Source: an uncultured Bacilli bacterium (GTDB lineage: Bacteria > Bacillota_I > Bacilli_A > RF39 > UBA660). Taken from it: a DNA stretch of 54,717 bases. The stretch is from NCBI GenBank assembly GCA_944358545.1, contig CALVRJ010000003.1, forward strand, positions 1 through 54,717, in the 5' to 3' direction. Under the pieces are notes generated by a model that saw nothing but the letters and a program-made list of their open reading frames with translations, ran no database searches and had not been told where the DNA came from. Within the stretch, counting starts at the first letter, position 1. The number at the start of each line of letters is the position of its first letter. Below are positions 21,207 to 30,997 of the stretch, piece by piece. A program made the translations under genes and the position numbers.

Positions 21207-22229
21207 TTAATCAGTCCTTTCTATTTCTTTGGTCATTGAACCTATGGGAAAAATTATTTTAACTATTGTTCCTTCATTAAGTTTGCTTTTTATTTCAACT
21301 CCGTGGGATAGTTTTTCGCATAGTTTTTTGACAAGATATAATCCCATACCAGTTGAATTATATTTACTTCGGCCATTTTGCCCGGTAAATCCTTTATCGA
21401 ATACTCTAGGAAGGTCTTTTTTATCGATGCCAATGCCATTATCTTCAAAATACAAGGTTATATTTTCTTTGCCTTTTTTGGCGTATATGGATATTTTAGG
21501 GTTTTCTTTGAGATATTTTAGACTATTGGAAATTATTTGTTTAGAGATAAATTCGAGCCATTTACTATCGGTTTTGACTTGATAGTTTAAATCAGACATA
21601 TTTAAGGCAATGTTCTTTAAGATGAAGTCTGTTTTAAAATTAATTAAAACTTTGTTTATAACATCTTTAAGGTTTGTATTTTTGATAAGATAATCTTTTT
21701 CTAAATTTTGACTGCGAGCATAAAATAAGATGAGTTCAACAAAGTTATTTATTTTTTTTGTTTCTTCTTTGATGCTTTCTGAAGTCTTACTAGGATTATT
21801 TTCGGTAATTAAGTTAATGGTCGAAAGCGGTGTTTTGATTTCATGAACCCAAAGTTCCATAAATTCTTCAAATTCTTCTTCTTTATATTTATATTTATTT
21901 ATTTGTTCGAGTTTATATTTTTCTGTTACTTTTAAAATTTCTTTTAAGATTTGAGCTTCGGCAAAGTGTGCTTCCGGCATAGTTTCAGTTATTAGTGATT
22001 TATTATCTAAATGCTTTAGGGTGTTTAAGGTTTCGTTATAGAAGTTTCTTTTTTGGATGAATCCGCACGAGATAAAGAGAACGCCAAATAAAACTAGAAG
22101 AAATATAACCATAACAATGGCTGGGGTAATTAGTTCAAAGGTGTTTAAGATAAAACCAATTAAAATTATAATTATTATGTAGATGAATATTAAGGCAAGT
22201 TTTTCTTTAATAAAGTCTTTAAATTTCAT
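21207..22229 (-). CDS. Intramembrane-sensing histidine kinase, BceS/GraS-like
   Basis: Two N-terminal TM helices with a very short loop; WVHEIKTPL, QIISNSLKY, DNGIGI, VFDKGFTG, GMGLYL; ATGA overlap with the regulator stop. Confidence 0.92.
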   Translation of the reverse strand: MKFKDFIKEKLALIFIYIIIIILIGFILNTFELITPAIVMVIFLLVLFGVLFISCGFIQKRNFYNETLNTLKHLDNKSLITETMPEAHFAEAQILKEILKVTEKYKLEQINKYKYKEEEFEEFMELWVHEIKTPLSTINLITENNPSKTSESIKEETKKINNFVELILFYARSQNLEKDYLIKNTNLKDVINKVLINFKTDFILKNIALNMSDLNYQVKTDSKWLEFISKQIISNSLKYLKENPKISIYAKKGKENITLYFEDNGIGIDKKDLPRVFDKGFTGQNGRSKYNSTGMGLYLVKKLCEKLSHGVEIKSKLNEGTIVKIIFPIGSMTKEIERTD

Positions 22230-22891
22230 AAAATTATATATCCCCACCCTCTTCTGGTCTCAATGACATTTTTAAAGCCTAAGTCTTCAAGTTTTTTCCT
22301 AAGTCTTGCCATGTTGACGGTTAAGGTATTATCGTCGATAAAGGATTCTGTATTCCAAAGATAGTTCATCAGTTCTTCTCTAGTAACAACGGTTCCTCTT
22401 TTTTCTAGTAAATAAGAAAATATTTGAATTTCATTTTTGGTTAAGATGATTTCTTCATTATTATATTTAATTGTCCCTTTGGATAAGTTTATTTCCATAT
22501 TTTTATATTTTAAAATATGAGTTATTTCTGGCTTGCTTCTTTTTAAGACTGCTTCGAGGTGGGCAAGTAGTATTTGCGTATTATATGGTTTAGTTATAAA
22601 GTCATCGGCTCCATAGTTCATACATAACAGTTCATCCATTTCGGCAATTCTGCTAGTGACAATAATGATAGGAACTTTTGATTTTTTTCTTATTTCTTTA
22701 CACAAATGCATACCATTAATACCCGGAATGTTTATGTCCATTAAGATTAAATCGGTATCTTGTTTTAAGATGTCGTTTAAGGTGTTTTCAAAATTTTTAA
22801 TTAAATAAACTTCATAACCATTATTTTGTAAAAATGTTTTAAGTTCTTCTCTGATTTTCACTTCATCTTCAACAATCAATATTTTTTCCAT
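22226..22891 (-). CDS. OmpR-family response regulator, BceR/GraR-like
   Basis: IVEDE, LMDINIP, GADDFITKP, DNTLTVNMARLRKKL. Confidence 0.95.
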   Translation of the reverse strand: MEKILIVEDEVKIREELKTFLQNNGYEVYLIKNFENTLNDILKQDTDLILMDINIPGINGMHLCKEIRKKSKVPIIIVTSRIAEMDELLCMNYGADDFITKPYNTQILLAHLEAVLKRSKPEITHILKYKNMEINLSKGTIKYNNEEIILTKNEIQIFSYLLEKRGTVVTREELMNYLWNTESFIDDNTLTVNMARLRKKLEDLGFKNVIETRRGWGYIIL

Positions 22892-22969
22892 ATTACCACC
22901 ACTAGATATAAGTATATCATATTATTTATATTTTAAAATAGTTTACATATAATAATTATAGGTGATTTT

Positions 22970-23413
22970 ATGAATAAATTTAAACTTTTTATCGATGTTT
23001 TAATTCCTGTAGTTATAAGTGGAATTGTAGGCTTTATAATTAATCCTTATATCGATTATAATTCTCTTGTTCAGCCTCCTCTATCACCACCTAGTATCGC
23101 ATTTCCAATTGTCTGGACTATTTTATATATTTTAATGGGAGTTTCATATTATTTACTAAAAAATCCAGATAGAAAAGAAAAAATGATTTATTTTGTTCAG
23201 CTTGGAGTTAATGCCTTATGGTCAGTATTTTTCTTCGTTTTTCAATTTTATTTATTCTCATTTGTTTGGATTCTTTTATTAGATGTTTTAGTAATATTGA
23301 TGATTATTATATTTTGCCGAAATAATAAAGTATCTGCTTATTTACAAATACCTTATTTAGTTTGGATACTTTTTGCTTCTTATTTAAATTTAGGTATTTA
23401 TATTTTAAATTAA
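22970..23413 (+). CDS. tspO: TspO/MBR tryptophan-rich sensory protein
   Basis: PPLSPPSIAFPIVWTILY, NALWSVFFF, LQIPYLVWILFASYLN. Confidence 0.9.
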   Translation: MNKFKLFIDVLIPVVISGIVGFIINPYIDYNSLVQPPLSPPSIAFPIVWTILYILMGVSYYLLKNPDRKEKMIYFVQLGVNALWSVFFFVFQFYLFSFVWILLLDVLVILMIIIFCRNNKVSAYLQIPYLVWILFASYLNLGIYILN

Positions 23414-23432
23414 AAAAGACTTTCGTCTTTTT
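23412..23432. terminator. Bidirectional terminator
   Basis: AAAAAAGAC-TTTC-GTCTTTTT between convergent genes. Confidence 0.75.
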
Positions 23433-24780
23433 ATTTGTTTGTAATTCTTCTTGTAACAAATATTGATACAAGAATACATATTATTCCTAAAATTATTATA
23501 GCAACAGAGCCATACAATGATGTAGATGGTACTTCAACTATTTGCGGATTATTATCTTTATTTTCATTATCTGTTACTGGAGTACATGACGGGTCTACTT
23601 CATTTTGTTTTTCACCATTTATATAAACTACCGTACATTTATCTAATTCATTAGTATAGATAGGTCCATCATATTTACTATCTCTGCTTCCTATATTACG
23701 ACAAATTTCTTGCCCTTCGTCTTCAGTTACTGAACCATCATGTGTATAAGAATCACTGCAAAATCTTAAATTAACCTTATTGTCTTTAAAACTCATAAAG
23801 CCTTTTTCATCTTTTAATTTTAAATTATTTATTTTAGGATTTATATATATACTAAAATTTGGTACACCAGATCCTTTAGCATAATATCCTATAGCAAATT
23901 CACTTGATAATATAAGTGATTCCCCACCTGTTACAGTATTATATCCTTTATTTATATATATACCATAACCTGAGGTACTTGAGCCTAAATCTATACTTCC
24001 GTTAATGTTAACAGTACCACCATTTATATATATTGCATTTTCTTTACCTGTAACTTCAAAAACGTCGACGCCTTGATTGTTACCACTTATTATATTAACG
24101 GTACCACCGTCATTAACTTGTATACCATTTTGATTACTTGAAATATTTTTATATGTATCTCCTACATTGGCAATGCCACTATTATTGACTACAATGCCAT
24201 CTTTTCCTGCATTAATGTCAATGGCAGTTAGGTCGGCAATTCCACCGTTTATTTCTACACCTGTTCCACCTGTATATGTCCAGTACCCATTATTTATTTC
24301 AATCTCTCCACCATATATACTTGGTGTGTTTGATGAAGAAAACGTTTTAATATTTCCACCATTTAATTGTAAAACTACTTTCCCTGCATATAAGTTGCAT
24401 CCATCTACAGTCACTGTTCCACCATTTACCACAAGTGCCATTCCTTGACCCGCAACTACTGTATCAGGGTTATCATACTTATCATATTTACCATTCCATC
24501 CAGAGTATAAACTAATGTCATCAAGTTCTACATTGCCACTGTTTACAGTAATAAGTGCTTGGTCGCCTCGTATGGAAATGTTACGAAAACTACTTATATG
24601 CACATCTTTATCTATTACAAGTGGCTCGGTTACTTCAATATCATTTGATAATGTAATATATCCACCTGCTGCAATAGCTTCTCTAAGACTTTGTTCATCA
24701 GAAACTTCTACTGCCTTGGCATTAATATTCGGAATAATCATTCCTAAAACAAATAAACTTATAAATATTACTTTTTTCAT
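23431..24780 (-). CDS. Secreted surface protein with Gly/Asn-rich beta-helix-like repeats and C-terminal anchor
   Basis: Signal peptide (MKKVIF...AKA), repeated xxNGGTV units, C-terminal VEVPST + hydrophobic helix + RRITNK. Confidence 0.7.
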   Translation of the reverse strand: MKKVIFISLFVLGMIIPNINAKAVEVSDEQSLREAIAAGGYITLSNDIEVTEPLVIDKDVHISSFRNISIRGDQALITVNSGNVELDDISLYSGWNGKYDKYDNPDTVVAGQGMALVVNGGTVTVDGCNLYAGKVVLQLNGGNIKTFSSSNTPSIYGGEIEINNGYWTYTGGTGVEINGGIADLTAIDINAGKDGIVVNNSGIANVGDTYKNISSNQNGIQVNDGGTVNIISGNNQGVDVFEVTGKENAIYINGGTVNINGSIDLGSSTSGYGIYINKGYNTVTGGESLILSSEFAIGYYAKGSGVPNFSIYINPKINNLKLKDEKGFMSFKDNKVNLRFCSDSYTHDGSVTEDEGQEICRNIGSRDSKYDGPIYTNELDKCTVVYINGEKQNEVDPSCTPVTDNENKDNNPQIVEVPSTSLYGSVAIIILGIICILVSIFVTRRITNK

Positions 24781-24886
24781 AGACTCTCCCTACCCTCTAT
24801 ACTTATTATATCATACTTTAATAAATTTTTACTGTTATGTTTTTTATAATTTTTTTAAATAAAAAAAAGCAATATTGTTGTTCTTG

Positions 24887-25627
24887 CTAATTAATTAATT
24901 TTTGAAGATTTTTAATAAATGATTTACTTTTTAAATAAAGTCCAGTGTATCTGGTATAATAATCATCTAAAAACATATTTATTTCATTTTTAGACTCTGT
25001 GCTTATATCCAATTTAGTTATTTTAGATATATCTACGTAATAAAACATTCTAATTAATTTAATGGTTTTACTAGATACTCTTTTTTCATTTGTGAAACAT
25101 TTGTTACAAACGTATCCACCTCTATAACTTGAAAGGGTTGTAATTCCAGTCTTTCTTCCGCATATGGCACATTTATCTAAAACAGGCATGACACCTAAAA
25201 AATCTAGATATTTAAGTTCTAAAATATTCATAATTACTAGTGGGTCAAAGCCATCGTTCATTTTAATTAGGCTTTGAATTAAGAGTTCAAATACTCTTTT
25301 ATCGTTATTTTGTTTAATTACTCCTTCACTTAGTTCTAAAAGATATGCGGCGTAACTTATTTTAGTAATATCTTTTTTTAAGTTTTTAAATGAGTTTATG
25401 ATACTTACTTCTTTTAGAGTAGATAATTTATTTTCTTTATAATAAATAATAAATTTACCATAGGTTAATTTGGATGTGACACTTCTGAAAGGACTTTTTA
25501 GGCTTCTAGCCCCTTTAGCCATGATACCGATTAGTCCATGTTCTTTAGTGATTACGTTGATTATTTTACTTGTTTCACTATAATTAGTTTCGCTTGTAAC
25601 TATTCCTTCAACTTCTTCTAAATGCAT
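24887..25627 (-). CDS. recO: DNA repair protein RecO
   Basis: NYSETSKII, AKGAR, CxxC...CxxC zinc finger; era-yqzL-recO synteny. Confidence 0.93.
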   Translation of the reverse strand: MHLEEVEGIVTSETNYSETSKIINVITKEHGLIGIMAKGARSLKSPFRSVTSKLTYGKFIIYYKENKLSTLKEVSIINSFKNLKKDITKISYAAYLLELSEGVIKQNNDKRVFELLIQSLIKMNDGFDPLVIMNILELKYLDFLGVMPVLDKCAICGRKTGITTLSSYRGGYVCNKCFTNEKRVSSKTIKLIRMFYYVDISKITKLDISTESKNEINMFLDDYYTRYTGLYLKSKSFIKNLQKLIN

Positions 25628-25629
25628 AA

Positions 25630-25719
25630 CTACCCTCTTTTTTCAATTTCTTTAAATTTTAAATAATAATCAATTTTTCCAGTTATTCTAAATAAATTCC
25701 AAAGTTCTTTTTTGGTCAT
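25630..25719 (-). CDS. yqzL: YqzL-like small protein (29 aa, absent from the ORF track)
   Basis: MTKKELWNLFRITGKIDYYLKFKEIEKRG with GAGGTG RBS; sits between era and recO as in Bacillus. Confidence 0.75.
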   Translation of the reverse strand: MTKKELWNLFRITGKIDYYLKFKEIEKRG

Positions 25720-25813
25720 AAGTTTTCACCTCAATATTATAATGGTAATATTATTATTTTTTTATACAATTTAATAATAACACTTTTAAAAAAAATAACC
25801 AAGTGGTTATTTT

Positions 25814-26701
25814 TTATTCAGTAAAATCATTAAATTTAAATTCGTTTAGGTATTTTTCACGGTCTCGCCATTTTTCAATGGTTTTAACATATAATTCAAG
25901 ATAAACTTTAGCGTCTAGGATTTGTTCTAAATCTTTACGGGCTTCGGTTCCGATTTTTTTAAGCATTTGACCTTGCTTTCCAATAATTATTTTTTTAAGA
26001 GAATCGCGGTCAACAATGATATCAACATTTATTATTCTATTGTCTTTATCTTTGACAAATTTAGTGGTTACGCAAGTTACAGAATATGGAATTTCGTCTG
26101 ATGTTAGGCGTAATATTTTTTCTCTGACTATTTCAGAAGCCATAAATTCAAGACTTCTATTGGTTACGGTATTATTATCAAAGAATTTAACACTTTCTGG
26201 AAGATATTTTTTTATTACTTTGATAAGTTCAGTTATATTTTTATTTTTGAGTGCGGATACAGGGACGATATCTGACCAGTTATACAGTTCTTTATATTCT
26301 AAGATTTTATTGAATATTTCATCTTTAGACAGCCCATCTATTTTATTGATTACTAAGATTACTGGTTTACCCACGTTTTTTAATTTTTCGATGATATATT
26401 TATCACCACCACCAAGACCAGCTTTGGCATCGACTAAAAAACAGACAACGTCAACATCATCAATGCTATAATAGGCTCCCCTATTTAATATTTGTCCAAG
26501 TTTATGGTTTGGTTTATGAATTCCTGGTGTATCGACAAAAATAATTTGGGTATCATCTTCGTTGTATATTCCTTGGATTAAGTTTCTAGTTGTTTGGGGT
26601 TTATTAGAGGTGATAGCTAGTTTTTGACCGATTATTTGGTTTAATAAGGTAGATTTACCAACATTTGGTCTTCCAGTTAAGCTTACAAATCCACTTTTCA
26701 T
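25814..26701 (-). CDS. era: GTPase Era
   Basis: GRPNVGKSTL, QTTR, DTPGIH, NKID, KH domain IIIGKQG. Confidence 0.98.
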   Translation of the reverse strand: MKSGFVSLTGRPNVGKSTLLNQIIGQKLAITSNKPQTTRNLIQGIYNEDDTQIIFVDTPGIHKPNHKLGQILNRGAYYSIDDVDVVCFLVDAKAGLGGGDKYIIEKLKNVGKPVILVINKIDGLSKDEIFNKILEYKELYNWSDIVPVSALKNKNITELIKVIKKYLPESVKFFDNNTVTNRSLEFMASEIVREKILRLTSDEIPYSVTCVTTKFVKDKDNRIINVDIIVDRDSLKKIIIGKQGQMLKKIGTEARKDLEQILDAKVYLELYVKTIEKWRDREKYLNEFKFNDFTE

Positions 26702-27106
26702 TTAAAAACCTCCTAGTAGTAAAAGTATTTTTGGAACGAATATTATTATCGCAATTATGATAGCCGTAAAGCCAAAAATTAAGACGGCAGCAGCGGCTGT
26801 ATCTTTGGCTATTTTAGCTAAAGGGTGAACTTTATCGGTTATAAGGTCAATTGTTGCTTCAATACTGGTATTGATAAGTTCTGTAGCAATAACTAAACCA
26901 ATAATTAGAAATAAGATAAGCCATTCGGTTATTGATATTTTAAAGAATATTCCAGCGGCGATGGCAAAAACCATGGCAACTGTATGAAAGATAATATTTT
27001 GTTCATATTTAAAAGCATATTTTAAGCCATCTAAGGCATAATTAAAGCTTTTAATAAAGCGTTTTATACCGTGTTTTTTTAATTTATCGCGTGAGACCGT
27101 ATCCAC
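26702..27106 (-). CDS. dgkA: DgkA-family diacylglycerol/undecaprenol kinase
   Basis: ELINTSIEATID, AKIAKDTAAAAV. Confidence 0.92.
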   Translation of the reverse strand: MDTVSRDKLKKHGIKRFIKSFNYALDGLKYAFKYEQNIIFHTVAMVFAIAAGIFFKISITEWLILFLIIGLVIATELINTSIEATIDLITDKVHPLAKIAKDTAAAAVLIFGFTAIIIAIIIFVPKILLLLGGF

Positions 27107-27527
27107 TTAAAATCTCCTCCTGTTTGGCAAACATTACCTCTTCATCTTCCTTTTTAATGTGGTCATAACCTAAAAGGTGTAGAAGTCCATGTATAGTTAA
27201 AAAGGCCATTTCTCTTTTTTCACTATGTCCATAGTCTTTGGCTTGAGAATGAATTTTATCGACTGATATATAGATATCACCAAGAACTCTACCAAATTCA
27301 AAGGTGGGGTTTTCTCCTTCTTCTAAGGCAAAACTGATAACGTCTGTTGGACGGTCAATGCCACGATATTGTTTATTGATTTCTCTTATTTTTTCATTAT
27401 CGACAAAAATTATATTAAATTCAACATTTTTTAGGTCTAAGGCTTTTAAGGCGTAATCAATAAATTTTTTTTCTTCGGCAATGTCGATATTTTCTTCTGT
27501 TTCGTTAAATATTTCAAAGTTATTCAT
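27084..27527 (-). CDS. ybeY: rRNA maturation endoribonuclease YbeY
   Basis: TDVISF, LGDIYIS, HGLLHLLGYDH. Confidence 0.96.
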   Translation of the reverse strand: MNNFEIFNETEENIDIAEEKKFIDYALKALDLKNVEFNIIFVDNEKIREINKQYRGIDRPTDVISFALEEGENPTFEFGRVLGDIYISVDKIHSQAKDYGHSEKREMAFLTIHGLLHLLGYDHIKKEDEEVMFAKQEEILSGYGLTR

Positions 27528-27528
27528 G

Positions 27529-28149
27529 TTACACTCCTAGTTCTATAAGGTTAAGCATATACATTGCACCTAACACAATTACTATAATTACTATTATATT
27601 ATAAAATATAGGTTTTTTCAATAAATTTGGTAAATGACTTTTGATATTATCGAGGGATTTGAAGATGGCAAAACCGATTAGGCCACCGATGATATTTAAG
27701 ATAATATCGTCGATATCAAAAACTCTACCAATTAAAAGCTGAGTTATTTCGATAGATACAGAGGCGATTAAAATCATGAAAAAGGCCGATTTGAATTTCT
27801 TAAGTCTTAAGAAATAGCCGACAAAGAATCCATAAGGAGCAAAAAGGACGATATTTCCAAGAACATTTTTGATAAAAAGCCGACTACCAAAATCATATCT
27901 AAACATTTCTTTAAACGGAATAAAATTGGAGGTTGACCAGTTAACATCTTGGAATGTGACAACGTAGAATAAACATAAGACATAGATTATAAAGGCAAGT
28001 GAAAGCAATTCTTTATAAAAAATAAATGGCTCTTTGTTTTTGAAAATATAAACCAAGCGCAGACTAATAACGATAACTGAACTTATTAAAATGGTTGGCC
28101 ATACTTCACCAAGTATTTGAATAATCTGATCTCTTATCATTTTTATCAC
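27529..28149 (-). CDS. VanZ-family membrane protein
   Basis: NFIPFKE, GNIVLFAPYG, IEITQ...RVFDIDDIILN. Confidence 0.85.
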   Translation of the reverse strand: MIKMIRDQIIQILGEVWPTILISSVIVISLRLVYIFKNKEPFIFYKELLSLAFIIYVLCLFYVVTFQDVNWSTSNFIPFKEMFRYDFGSRLFIKNVLGNIVLFAPYGFFVGYFLRLKKFKSAFFMILIASVSIEITQLLIGRVFDIDDIILNIIGGLIGFAIFKSLDNIKSHLPNLLKKPIFYNIIVIIVIVLGAMYMLNLIELGV

Positions 28150-29294
28150 CCAATTTCTGCATAATCAGTAATGTCTTCATAAACGGCAAAAAACATTTCT
28201 ACTTCTACTATACTCTCTTTGACAGTACTTTTCAAATATTTATGTCTAATTATGTATTCTCCGGGTTTTAATTTATCTTGAATTTTTTTTACAGAAAGTT
28301 TTTGGGCTTTTTCTAAGGCTTCATCAAATGTTAAAATTTCGCTTTTTATTTTGGTCTGTCTCTGGGTAGATTTGACTAGTTTTATAGGAAGTAAAGGATG
28401 AGAGATGATTTCTTTTTCAGTTTCTTTTTTGGTTTGATATTTTTTTAAAGTTAATTCAAGGTCATGATTTAAAAATTTTATTTTATAAATATTTTGAGTT
28501 TTTCCGGTTTCTTTTTCTTCGTAATAGGCAAATGGATAAGAGGTTTTAGTAACGTACCAAACTTCTGCATACGCTTTGCCTTCAGCTCTTACTTTACCGG
28601 TTACTTTGTTATTGAATACAAGTTCACCACTGACAATGACATCACCTTTGGTTACATAATCATCCATATCTTTGACAATATCCCCTTTAGAGGCAAAGAC
28701 TTTTTTTAAAACTCCAGATTTTCCAGCAATAATGTTTCTCGGATTATTATTGTTTTCTAATTTGTTTATTTTTCTTTCTTCAACTTTGACAATATATTTG
28801 GTTCCTACTTTTTCGATTTCTAACCATTCTAATTTATCAGGATATTTATTTAAAATTTTTTCTTTTATTTTTTCTATGGCATCAAATGATTTGCTTAAGG
28901 AATATTTCTTTAAACCGTAATTTTCTAATTCCGTTTTTAATAGATTTCTGATATCCTTATTTGAATGTATTACTTCAATATCAAAGATAACATGGGTAAA
29001 AAAGATAAATATGATAAAAAAGAGGATAATTATGATTATTAAATGTCGATTTATTTTTATTTTTTGTTTTATTTTTAGAATGCCATAGACACCATTTTCA
29101 GTGATTTGGTAGATACTTTTGATTTTTTGAATCTGCTCTAAGTCTTTTTTATAGACGATTATAGATGCTTTATTTTCATTTTGGTATTTAAGTGAGAGAA
29201 TTTCTATTTTTTTGTTTACGAGTCTTTTGATAAATCGGCTAACGTTCCGTCCTTCTATTTCAAGGGATATTTTACTTCTTAGCAGTTCAATCAT
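28146..29294 (-). CDS. yqfD: Sporulation protein YqfD (SpoIV-like)
   Basis: IIAGKSGV, VTKGDVIVSG, VRAEGKAYAEVWY; directly downstream of yqfC. Confidence 0.85.
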   Translation of the reverse strand: MIELLRSKISLEIEGRNVSRFIKRLVNKKIEILSLKYQNENKASIIVYKKDLEQIQKIKSIYQITENGVYGILKIKQKIKINRHLIIIIILFFIIFIFFTHVIFDIEVIHSNKDIRNLLKTELENYGLKKYSLSKSFDAIEKIKEKILNKYPDKLEWLEIEKVGTKYIVKVEERKINKLENNNNPRNIIAGKSGVLKKVFASKGDIVKDMDDYVTKGDVIVSGELVFNNKVTGKVRAEGKAYAEVWYVTKTSYPFAYYEEKETGKTQNIYKIKFLNHDLELTLKKYQTKKETEKEIISHPLLPIKLVKSTQRQTKIKSEILTFDEALEKAQKLSVKKIQDKLKPGEYIIRHKYLKSTVKESIVEVEMFFAVYEDITDYAEIG

Positions 29295-29524
29295 TTAAAC
29301 TCCACGGCTTCTATTTCACCACTTATAAGTACTTCATCATGTAGTAGTTTTGAAATTATTAGGTTTTGGCCTTTGACGGTTATTATGCCGTTATCATATT
29401 CAATTATAATGCGTTTATCGTCAAAGTGGTCAATTGTTTGATAATTAACAATGTCAACTTTGCCAGTTACAATATTGATGCGGAATTCGTTTTCCGATAT
29501 ATAGTTGCGCAGGTTTTTAAGCAT
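29291..29524 (-). CDS. yqfC: YabP/YqfC-family sporulation protein
   Basis: 77 aa; IVNYQTI, ITVKGQNLII, EVLISGEI; ATGA coupling to yqfD. Confidence 0.8.
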   Translation of the reverse strand: MLKNLRNYISENEFRINIVTGKVDIVNYQTIDHFDDKRIIIEYDNGIITVKGQNLIISKLLHDEVLISGEIEAVEFK

Positions 29525-29576
29525 TCTCGTATCACCTATATTAATTTTATTTAAATTAGCTAGTTATTATGAAAAA

Positions 29577-29602
29577 AACAGGACTTTTTGCCGAGTCCTG
29601 TT
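29577..29602 (-). terminator. Terminator after the SPFH gene
   Basis: AACAGGACT/AGTCCTGTT stem with an A-run on the left. Confidence 0.6.
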
Positions 29603-30488
29603 ACTTTTTGTCTTTAAACATTTCTTCAATTGTCGTACCAAGTGTAGCTAGATTTTGTAGGTCTGATGGAACAATTATTTTAGTGGCTTGACCATCAGCT
29701 ACTTTGCCTAAAGCTTCAAAACTTTTTAAAGTTAATACAGATTTATCGGCTCCGGCATCTTTTAACATTTTAATGGCATCAGCTTCAGCTTCGTTTAATT
29801 TGCGAATGGCTTCAGCTTCACCTTCGGCTTTTTTAATTTGAGCCTCTTTAGCAGCTTCGGCTTTAAGAATCGTGCTTTCTTTTTCGCCTTCAGCAATTAA
29901 AATACTAGATTTCTTTTCACCTTCAGCTTGAAGAATCTTTTCTCTTCTTTCACGTTCGGCGCGCATTTGTTTTTCCATAGCGTCTTGAATGTCTTTAGGT
30001 GGTAAAATGTTTTTAACTTCTACACGATTGATTTTAATTCCCCATGGGTTTGTAGCTTCATCTAAGATTGAACGCATTTTAGAGTTGATTATATCTCTAG
30101 ATGTAAGTGTTTGATCGAGTTCAAGGTCACCAATTAAGTTTCTAAGTGTGGTGGCAGTTAAATTTTCAATTGCGTTTATCGGATTTTCTACTCCATAAGT
30201 ATACATTTTGGGATCAGTTATTTGATAATAGACAACTGTATCTATTTGCATAGTTACGTTATCTTTTGTAATAACTGGTTGAGGTGGAAAATCTTTAACT
30301 TTTTCTTTTAAACTAACTCTAGATGAAATACGATCAATGAATGGCATTTTAAAATGCAGTCCATTATTCCAAGTTGTATAATATGATCCTAATCTTTCAA
30401 TAACATAACACTCTGATTGAGAAACAATTTTAACATTTGGCAAAACAATGACAAAAACTAAAACTAAAAGTATTATTAGGAAAGCCAT
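29601..30488 (-). CDS. SPFH/band 7 (QmcA-like) membrane protein
   Basis: VIERLG, QPVITKDNV, TTLRNLIG, WGIKINRVE, QMRAERERR. Confidence 0.95.
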   Translation of the reverse strand: MAFLIILLVLVFVIVLPNVKIVSQSECYVIERLGSYYTTWNNGLHFKMPFIDRISSRVSLKEKVKDFPPQPVITKDNVTMQIDTVVYYQITDPKMYTYGVENPINAIENLTATTLRNLIGDLELDQTLTSRDIINSKMRSILDEATNPWGIKINRVEVKNILPPKDIQDAMEKQMRAERERREKILQAEGEKKSSILIAEGEKESTILKAEAAKEAQIKKAEGEAEAIRKLNEAEADAIKMLKDAGADKSVLTLKSFEALGKVADGQATKIIVPSDLQNLATLGTTIEEMFKDKK

Positions 30489-30919
30489 TACTCTTCCTCC
30501 TTTACCCTCTCTACTTTAAGTTTGACACCATTTAATTCAGTTACTCTGATTAAACTGTCTTTAGGTATTTGATGGTTAGCTTCGGCGGTCCATCTTTTAC
30601 CGTCAATTTTAACTTCGCCGGTTTTATTTTTGGTTATTTTTTCGGTCACAATTCCAGTCATACCAATTACCCGGTCAGCATTGGTTTTAGGATGCTTTTT
30701 ATTGAATTTTTTAGCTAATATGGGCTTGGTGGTTATTAGCAATATAACTCCTACGACAACAAATACGGCAAATTGAATTACATAATTATCCGTGAGTAAT
30801 GATACTCCGATAGCACATATACCACTAATTACAAACCAAATAGTCGTTAGATTAACTGACATTGCTTCAATTAATGCGAGTAAAACGACAATTATTAACC
30901 AAACTACCCATTGTGACAT
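30488..30919 (-). CDS. NfeD-like (YbbJ) partner of the SPFH protein
   Basis: Hydrophobic N-terminus, NADRVIG, GEVKIDGKRWTA OB-fold. Confidence 0.9.
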   Translation of the reverse strand: MSQWVVWLIIVVLLALIEAMSVNLTTIWFVISGICAIGVSLLTDNYVIQFAVFVVVGVILLITTKPILAKKFNKKHPKTNADRVIGMTGIVTEKITKNKTGEVKIDGKRWTAEANHQIPKDSLIRVTELNGVKLKVERVKEEE

Positions 30920-30973
30920 GTCTATCCCCTCCTCTGCTATATATTATAGCATATGATTACTATTAATTACAAT

Positions 30974-30997
30974 AAAAAACATCTTCCGATGTTTTTT
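30974..30997 (-). terminator. Terminator after the 687-aa gene
   Basis: AAAAAACATC-TTCC-GATGTTTTTT. Confidence 0.7.
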
